Notes under the pieces: generated by a model
What the model was told of the DNA's origin: nothing
Database searches by the model: none
What the model saw: the letters and a program-made list of their open reading frames with translations, nothing else
Shown: positions 55,173 to 64,000 of the stretch, one piece after another
Layout: each line of letters begins with the position of its first letter
How positions within the stretch are numbered: the stretch's first letter is position 1
Program-made: the position numbers and the translations under genes
From: Eledone cirrhosa
Lineage: Eukaryota
Direction of reading: 5' to 3'
DNA: 64,000 nt
Assembly: GCA_964016885.1 (NCBI GenBank)
Contig: OZ024743.1
Location: 158,658,001 to 158,722,000, forward strand

Positions 55173-57059
55173 CTCTCGAAGGCAATGCATCAACCTAACT
55201 GCAGTTCAATGACTGGAAACTATTAAAAGAATTAAAAAAAGAAAATTAAAAGTAGTGGAAGGACCCTTTACAATAAATCAATGTCATACAATAGAACAGA
55301 AACTAATCACTAAAACAGTTTTCGAAAGAAGAATATGCAGGGGGAACCACTCACACAAAAATGACAGTTACTTCCCCTGGAAACCTGAATTTTCTTTTTT
55401 ATATTTCGTACAATCCGAACAAATTAATGATGGTAAATGTCGGTAAATAGCATAGAGAAACAGGTCACAAAGTAGGCTAAGCCAGTTTAGCCGTAATAAA
55501 AAGAAGAGGTTTTACATTTCCTACCACTGCAAAAGAATTACAGATTGTTTTTTAATGAGGCAATTACGGAAGTTTTTATTTTATTAAGAATATACCTTAA
55601 TAAATCAATATAGAGTCAGGAAGAAGAAAAAAATAGATGAGAAAGAAAAAATACACGACATTCCTTCAGTTACATATTACAGCAGCAGATACTGGTGTTA
55701 CCTCCTGAAAATTCTTGAGGCAACCTCCCAAAAGAAAATTATTTAGGAAAAAAAAGAAAAAAATACACGAATGAAAAGCATAAATAGAACTGACGATAAT
55801 GATCACTGAAAGTATAGAATCAGATACCGTTGCGACACATACATTAGAAGATTTGTGCTGCCTCTTTACGTTCTGAGTTCAAATCCCGCCGAGGTCAACC
55901 TTGCCTTCCATCTTTCCGAGGTAGATAAAGTACTAGTCAAGTACTGAGGTTAATATAATCGACTTTCAAATTCCTCGCCTCCTAAATTGCTGGCTTGGTG
56001 CTAAAATGAGAATGTCATAGTATTGTTGGTGGATTGGTAGTGTGTCGAACAAATGCTTAGTGGTATTCGTTCGGGCTTTTTACTTTCCAAGTTCAAACAC
56101 CGCCGAAGTAACTTTATCTTTCACCCTTCCGAGGTCGATAAAATAAAGTACGACTCTTATACCTTCCTCACATTGTTGGCTTTGTGTCATAATTATAAAT
56201 TTTCATTATGGTCATATTAAGTTGAAGTCTGTATTAAATAGGTTGGCAAATATATAGTGATATTTATTTAAAAAAATATTGATATCTTCACAAAAAAATG
56301 TAAGAAACTTAAATGCAAAAATAATTGCAAATATAGTTGGTTGCTATAAATAATAGCTTAGAAAATTGGGTAAAATATCCCTATGGACGGAAAAATGAGA
56401 TACGGCGACTGCTACGAAGAATCGATTTTCGTATTGATATCTGTATATTCTTTTATTTGTTTCAGTCATTAGACTACGGTCAAGCATTATAACAACAACA
56501 TCAAAAAGGGGAAAACAATTATTAGATATCAATACATTTTAGTTAAGCTATCGTAGCAAAATGTTTATTTACAGAAATTTATTTTCAGTTAAAGAAACAT
56601 CATATACGTTATATTATTATAATGAGACTTCGTTTAAAAAACGGTCAACAAATTTATACAGTATGAAATATTGTATATATATATGATTCGGTATTCATTG
56701 TGACCCACTGATGGAGGTAGAGTTCCCCAACCATTGACTAGAGGATCAGTTTCTAACCAACACTGAAAACTGAGACGACTGTTTATCGGTGTTCACTTTT
56801 CAGCACATTCACCATTCCTACTTCTCAAATGGATCTTTGCATAACCCCGCACGGATGGTTGCCAGGTATTATGCCTTGCCAAAGAGCAACCTGGAATTTG
56901 GTCCAAGACCGCTTATTCAATATATTCGCAGCTAATCTTCATATCTGAAGGTAGTTCCTCTATCCGGCTCCTGAGGACCCGGTGTTATGGGAGTTATCTT
57001 CTCCATAAACACACTTCTTTGACTCTAAGAAGGGTTGTTGAGGAAGTAGGGACCCACAA

Positions 57060-57192
57060 GAAGAAGGCAGACATAAATTGTATCCATAGATTTCAAGAAG
57101 GCTTTTGATTCGATCGACCAAAAGAAAATGCTTAAAATTCTTCTTGCGTATGGGATACCCCATCAGACCGTGAATGCAGTTAAAGTCCTATA
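57060..57192 (+). mobile_element. RTE/RTEX-type RT fragment (left part of interrupted LINE)
   Basis: IDFKKAFDSIDQKKMLKILLAYGIPHQTVNAVKVLY. Confidence 0.8.
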
Positions 57193-59884
57193 TCTATATA
57201 CTAACTTCTAAATTGGTGACCCCGTCGCGGGAACATTTTCGAACTAAATGCTCTTCTAAAAAAAAAAAAAAAAATAAGAAGTGGTATTTTTGAAAAAGAG
57301 AACACGCAAGCTTTCTTGTGTTGTATTGTATCAGCACCATGTAAAAACTTTTTTGTTGATAACAGCACAACACGTGGTTTAACTTCAATGAACCCGCCTA
57401 AGAAAACATTCTTTGAAAAGAAAATTAGGTGTATTTTTAAAAATTACAGCAAGAGGAAAATTTTTTTTTCTTTCAACATGGCTACCTTCAACATCAACAA
57501 AGCTTTCAGCAGCAACAGCAGCAGCACGTGGGATAACCACTAACCATAAACAGAGAAGAACGATGTGGCACCTTTATAATCTTACCGACGCAACCCACCA
57601 CACCTCATATTGTTTACTTCTATGCTTCACCTGTTATATCGTCTCTGTCATATTATAACCGCTACAACTTCTCACTATCTGCTACAACGGTGACTCGAGA
57701 TTGGAAACAAGAGCCTTCTCACTACAAATTAAAACAGCAACATCCTTCTCACCTCATAATGGTGAATTCGACGCTTGCAAATCTTCACTGCTTTACAAAA
57801 ATTCACGATTCATCGATGTTTCTAACGTCCGACATTATTCGAACTGACAGCCTTCTCACCACACTATGGCGTCAGACGTGACGTGCGTATTGGTGACTCC
57901 AGGCTGGGCATAAATCTCTCTTCAACGCTCGACTTCGATTCTACTGAAGATTTACTGTGACTTTGCTTCGATAGCAACAACAACAACTCTACTAGCTTCC
58001 TAGTAAGAACGATAACATTTTATCCCAAAGAAATCTCAAGGAAAAGAAAAATTGAACTTTTTGTTAAAAAACAATTATTTCTTCTTTTTTTTTACAGGCA
58101 ATGTTTGAACATTTATTTCTTTTAAAGTGTATTATATGAAGATTCATTTTTTTCTATCATTTTTTTCTATCATTTTTTTCTATATGACTGCATGCACACA
58201 TTTTCTTTTGATATATTACATGCTTACACACACACATTCCTTTGTCACACACCAACATGTTGTTGTCTATAATATATGTTCTTCAAACGTCGTAATATTC
58301 TGCGAGATCCCCTTTCACTTGGTTGAGGTACGGAAACATGCTATCGACACATGCAGCCTAATTCACCTGGACTCACACAGACACCGCAACACGAGAATTG
58401 TTAATTGCAGCTGGATTCACTCAGCTTCGCATCTCGTTGCACACTCATCGTCCTATAGCATAAAACCCTCAATCTTGTTACTTTACCCAATTCACTGGGA
58501 AAGCATTCATGGAACTGGATCTGTCACCAGTTCCCACCGTTTCTCTGATGGACTCGCCAGAATTACGGGATTACAGCTTCAACTTGCTTTCTTTTCAAAG
58601 CAACTTTAGCCATTTTTTCTGGCTGCCAAGCACTTTCGGCAATTCATCTGGGAGGCCGACAATTTCTCGCCTTCCCATCAACTCCTTGCCAGCACCTGCG
58701 AATATTGACTCACATCTTATGGCCGCATAACAGCCATCTTAGAGTCGTTGGATCTCTCTTCACCAGAATTAGCAATCGGCAACTGCAGATACCTGCCCGT
58801 ACACAGCTACTGGTAAACTACCATAACAGCTTCATTCACACAGCTCTGGTACATTTACCATAACAGCTCCATCTACACAGCTCTGGTACTACATTTGCCA
58901 TAACACCTATACAGTCCTGGTAGAACATGAACAGCATCATCATTGACAACAGCTACTGGTAAAACATTTACCATAATAGCTCCATCTACAGAGATCTGGA
59001 ACAACACTTACCATAACAGTTACACAGCTCTGGTACAACACTTACCATAACAGCTACACAGCTCTGGTACAACATTTACCATAACAGCTACACAGCTCTG
59101 GCAAAACAATTACCATAACTAACATTTAATGCAAGAACACAGTTTTGCCCATGTCAGACTATCCGTTTTCTGTTAGACCCCGGGTGGTCATGTATAAATA
59201 GCAAACAGCTAGTCATTTGACACAGCGGCTTAACAAGGCCCATAGCGCCTCATTTACAATTTTCTTCTTGCATGCATTCTTTTGTTCAGTTTTTTTCATT
59301 GATGTGCTCTCTTTCAGCGTTTTCCCGCTGGTAATCAATGCTAATTCAATCTCATTTATCGTCTTCCAGACTAAATGGGGGGGGGGGGGGGGTATTGTAG
59401 CAAGTTACTTTCCTGTGGAGCATGGATACATTCTCCGTACGTTGTTTGGCTCAGTTCAGCCAATCGCTATCAGCGTAGGGAAATGTATCTCAACTTCCGC
59501 CCAGATGAAGAAATTCCCGCTTCTTTTCGATACACTCTCTCTTCTGCATCCAGACCCCGTCAAGGTAATACCTATTTGATTTCGTTCCTCAAACATTCCA
59601 AAATGTAGCTACCGGACTTACCGCGGCCGGGCTTCTTACTTCAGAACAGGACCGAGTCTTCTTTTACAGCATCTTAATTTGTCTATTCATTTCTTATGGC
59701 ATGCCAGCTAAACCTTTGTAATCGGTTTGTAAATAAATTATATATTAAACACATAAAGTCGTATGATGCTATTTAGCACAACATTGCTTTTGACTGCTTC
59801 AATGGTGACTTCTGTGATACAATGCACAAATACACACATTCTCAACACACACACATCTATATTATCTATATACTAACTTCTAAA
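57191..59884 (+). mobile_element. Non-autonomous LTR element (5' LTR mostly deleted, tRNA-Trp-type PBS, non-coding interior, poly-G PPT, ~490-bp 3' LTR)
   Basis: tatctatatactaacttctaaat at 57191 and ~59863; TGGTGACCCCG directly after the first; G-run 59377-59392 then TGTAG at 59396. Confidence 0.8.
58800..59119. repeat. ~9-copy 34-42-bp minisatellite inside the LTR element
   Basis: Consensus acacagctctggtacaacatttaccataacagct. Confidence 0.9.
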
Positions 59885-59885
59885 T

Positions 59886-60128
59886 AGTCATGGGCAATGA
59901 CAAAACACTTACAGTGAGGATTAAAGGCACATTCACGCAGATGCTGAGACAGGTCTAGAACAGATTCTGAAGAATACATATAGGAGGCTCGCATTTGCTG
60001 GAGATGCGAAACGTCACAATGAACCTGCTGGCAGAGATTTTTCTGGAAACCTGATGTATGCAGACGAGTTGGGGGACCAACCACCACCCCGAAGGATGTT
60101 CTTGAAGATGACACCGGGCTGGAGGAGA
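59886..60128 (+). mobile_element. RTE/RTEX-type LINE 3' part (right part of interrupted LINE)
   Basis: SWAMTKTL..GTFTQMLR..RRLAFAG..NEPAGR..FWKP..DVLEDDTGL. Confidence 0.78.
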
Positions 60129-60580
60129 AACTTCGTAATGATACCGACAATGGATGTATAGAAAAAGTCGGATTAGCTATTTTTATTATACTAAAATAAC
60201 AATCGAGAAGTAAGAAAATTATTGAAAACGGAAGTAATTGTAACAAATTATCTAAACAAGAAACCAAAATACAACCAACATAAATATTGAAGCAGGCAAA
60301 AAGTGCTGCTCGGTGATAGAACTAATAACGTGACTCATCTTAAATGGTGTGGCGTTTTTGTAGTATGGTTTGTGTGTTACGTATTATTGTTTGCAATATA
60401 AACAGGTAAAAATATGCAAAAGAATATGTTAGAGTATCAAAGTTCCCCAAGGAAAGGGAATACTTTAAAATGGGTTTCCACATAGCTTCTTCACATGCGT
60501 TAGAGATCCATCCATCCGCCCGTTCGTCCGTCCACCCATCCATCAGTCTGTCCATTTGTCTCCCCAATCTCTCACCCCTC

Positions 60581-60655
<75 letters not shown>

Positions 60656-61454
60656 CTACAGTAAACTACAATGCTTATAAAATAAATTGTAATGACTTGT
60701 GACAGTAAATGTGTATATGTCGCTGCACGGTATGAAGAAGGATATGTAACTACGTGGCTTGTAAAATGTAAAAGTTGCTGAAACTTTGTGATTATAAGTG
60801 AAGCTTCAAAGTGACAGTCATTTGTACATCTTTACACGTATTCATGAAACTTGTCAGTTTGCTAATATTTCGGAAGTTGGCAGATTCGTCCAGCTGAGCA
60901 CACGTCTCGTGGTGAGATTAGCTTCCATTCAAAGTTGAATTTCATTCACGCAAAGAAAACAAAAATCTGTGATGACTCGAAAAAAGGTGTAAAATCGAGG
61001 TGTAATGTTGTCAACAAATGAGCTGCTTAGCTGCAATAAAATAGTCTGCATGGCTCGCCTGTCATTAGTTGATAGTCAGAATGCCTGGAAGTTAAGTGGC
61101 TAATTTTTATTGTTTTGGTTTTGTTTTTTTCTTTTGTTTTTGCCTGTAAACAGGAAATGTTCTCCGCTTGCTGTAGCGAAACTGAGATCTGGCTACCATA
61201 TTTTGAAAATAATCCGGAATTTGGAGGAAATTAGTAAGTTAACCAAGTTCTTCATTTAATAAGCTGGCGTTTGCTAAATAACTTAACAAATTAGGTAAAA
61301 ATAATTGTGCAGTAACTAATAAAAACTAAACACACTATTAAAGGGAACAAAAAGGAAATGAAGAGAAGAAAAAAGTAAAAAAGGATCAAGCAAGGAAAGA
61401 AAAGGAGTGAGGAAGGGACAGATACTACACCCCGCTTTGAGCGGTGCCTCAGCC

Positions 61455-61888
61455 TCGCTCTGTGGAAAAATGGCAAAGGCTTTACCGCGAAGAATGGCCA
61501 GGGACACCCGCTGCAACAGCCACCCGACCTCACGGGGCTACCGCCTTAAGTGGGCTGCTGTCTTTCTGATTTTACGGAGGAAATCAGCAGTGCGGGGATC
61601 AAGGATACCAGAGGTCTCGACGGAAACCTTAGCAAAGAGAACGCGGCCGGTTAGGCCTCAGCATTTAACTGCTTTCCTCTCCTCCGCATTGCGGGCAGCG
61701 GAGCCCGAGTTTGTTACCGAAGCGACAAGGCTGGAGGCGGAGAACAAGTCGCTGCACGTCCCAAATTAGGGATTTACTCCCCTCGAAACGGAAGAGGGTT
61801 AATATTTCGGGGCGCTTGCCATCACCACGGTCGAGGTCAACCGGCTCCAATTGTGATGTGAAACCGGCTGTGTCGGAAAGTAACACAC
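61455..61888 (-). mobile_element. CRE-like non-LTR retrotransposon RLE-domain fragment
   Basis: LEPVDLDRGDGKRPEILTL..LIWDV, VETSG, REVGWLLQRVSLAILRGKA. Confidence 0.75.
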
Positions 61889-61894
61889 GAGTTG

Positions 61895-62353
61895 ATATAT
61901 ATAAAAACAAATAGTAGCGAGGAAAACTATTTTTTCATTAGAAAATGCTGAAGAGATTCTTTCAGTATAATATCAAAACATTTATTTATAAAGTGGATAT
62001 TTCCGCATTTTATAATACCGGTTTCAGCATTATATGCTTTTCAACTGTGGATATGCATAATGTAGTTATGTTGCATAGTTATACGAATAATAAAAAGGGG
62101 AAGAAAAATTATTAATTTTTACATACATATTTAGAGAGGAAAGTTCATATCTCTGTCCGTGGTTGTCCTTCGTTCTCTGTTAGTTGGCTGGCAGTCAACT
62201 TATGCATATCCGCAGTTGGAAAAGCATATAATGCTGAAACCGGTATTATTAAATGTGGGAATATCCACTTTATAAATAAATGTTTTGATATTCTACTGTA
62301 AGAATCTCTCCCGCATATTCTACTGAAAAAAATCTTTTTCCTCTCTACTATTT

Positions 62354-62362
<9 letters not shown>
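61895..62362. mobile_element. MITE/foldback element with ~165-bp imperfect TIRs in TA context
   Basis: About 61895-62060 is an imperfect reverse complement of 62200-62362; a related motif taccggtttcagcatt recurs at ~63430. Confidence 0.78.
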
Positions 62363-62388
<26 letters not shown>

Positions 62389-63031
62389 TTAATAAAAACA
62401 ATGAAATAAAAACAAAGAACAGGTTCCTTATATATATATATATAGTGTAGTGAAATTCGTTACAGATTTTCCATCCAAAGTTGGCAGAATACTCAGTTGG
62501 AAGGATGAGTTGTAATATAAAAAATTTGGTTAAATTTACACAATCTTTATCTATCGAGTACGCGTGTTTCAGTGAGGAAGTTGCTATTTCGGCAGCTCCT
62601 CAGTTCCACTGACTAACTACCGAAATAACAATTTAGCAAATTTTTGTTAGAACACTAAAACAACCTAACTGTAGCGGTCGACTGATGAGATGGAAGTGTC
62701 TGTACTCGTTTATTTTCCTGTCATCATCCATGATTTTTATTCATTCGTATGGTTTTAGCAAAACAAACGGAAAATACTTTTATTAATGTTTCTATATTCT
62801 CTATCGCTTCCACCTTCACTTTTACTTCTCTTCTTCTTGGCAAATCAATATGTTGGGCGTCATCGATATCTCTTTTTCAGTTACAGCGGATGGGTTAATG
62901 GTAAATTTTCTCTTATTTGTAAATAGTCCTGCCCTTTGTCCATTTGATACTGTCCCTTGTGTACTGGAGCCAACGTTGAGATGGAACTGTCTGTATTCGT
63001 TCATTTTATTGTCTTCACCCATAATGTTTAT

Positions 63032-63034
<3 letters not shown>

Positions 63035-63063
<29 letters not shown>

Positions 63064-63168
63064 TGTATGTATGTATGTATGTATGTATGTATGTATGTAT
63101 GTATGTATGTATGTATGTATGTATACAAATATACATTCATACATACATACATACATACATACATACAT

Positions 63169-63234
<66 letters not shown>

Positions 63235-63235
63235 G
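63035..63235. repeat. (TATG)n-(CATA)n-(CA)n-(TA)n compound microsatellite
   Basis: Direct reading; first two blocks are mutually complementary. Confidence 0.95.
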
Positions 63236-64000
63236 AAAACGGAGAAAAAGATGATTAGTAGGAAGAAAAATATATTTTTTTCCTTTTTATTTTTTCCTAT
63301 TTTTCCTGGGTTAGAAAATGATTAAAACAAAATATTTTACTTTGTATGAAATGTTAAGGTATTAGTTAATTTATTTATTAATTAACAAGGACATTTATTT
63401 ATTTATTTATATATTTAATAATTGTCTATTACCGGTTTCAGCATTTTTATGCATTATCAAATGATGATAATATGTATTGGTGTAGAATGTTGGTGTTGAA
63501 CATGTTAAGGAAATAGTGCAGAAAGAATAATGTTATTTACAAACAAGGTTTATGAAGTGAAAAGAAAAAAAAAAAAAAAGGGACGTAATGTGGAACAAAA
63601 TAAGGCAATGTGAACGAAAAAATAATATTATTTACAGGCATAGTTCTTGAAGATAAGCAGATCAAAATGTGTTAATATAGCAAGAGTGCTTAGTTGATCC
63701 ATGATGGAGGCAAATGGTAGTCTGGGGTTTGATATGATTTCCCTTTTTAGAGAGTTAATATGCAGGGGGAGGTAATTCATGGTGGGAGATAAATGATGGA
63801 TGGTATTTAATTTATATAAGAAAAAGGATTAGGTAGGGTGTGAGGGAGGTAACTCTTTAGAGACACATAGGTATTTGGATTTGGTTCATTGTTCGTTCCA
63901 GTTTTAGTTTAGACCGAAGTTTAGTGCAATAAGTAGGGGTTGGAATTTGTTAATGAAATACGTTTCCTTATTGATACAATTGATACAATGGATGAAAGTA

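Noticed and set aside
58127-58609. 160-aa ORF inside the LTR element
   Set aside because: Low-complexity start, no gag/pol/env motif; likely chance
58800-59119. Possible CRISPR-like array
   Set aside because: Units are contiguous diverging repeats with no unique spacers; eukaryotic context, no cas genes

Overview
AT-rich, repeat-dense animal genomic DNA. The SINE/RTE/Helitron repertoire and very long (TA)n/(TATG)n tracts suggest an octopus (cephalopod) genome; this is an inference. One host gene is supported: the last six coding exons (9091-25602, + strand, all GT-AG, phases consistent) encode a 356-aa C-terminus with a coiled coil, a Ser/Pro-rich tail and a terminal IVDV. I do not recognise the gene. 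The rest is mobile DNA: two tRNA-derived SINE families, several RTE-type LINEs (two with a C4HC3 PHD-like finger inside the RT), CR1, R4/Dong-like and CRE-like fragments, four non-autonomous Helitrons, hAT- and piggyBac-type MITEs, a non-coding LTR element nested in a LINE, and LTR remnants. The most notable structures are an RTE LINE to bipartite element to SINE series, ATTAT-primed SINE insertions, twin-priming-like 5' inversions, several fold-back palindromes (one split by a LINE) and a 4-copy array with a degenerate hammerhead-like core. The very long Y/I/M/C ORFs are microsatellite artefacts. I find no convincing new multi-gene system.
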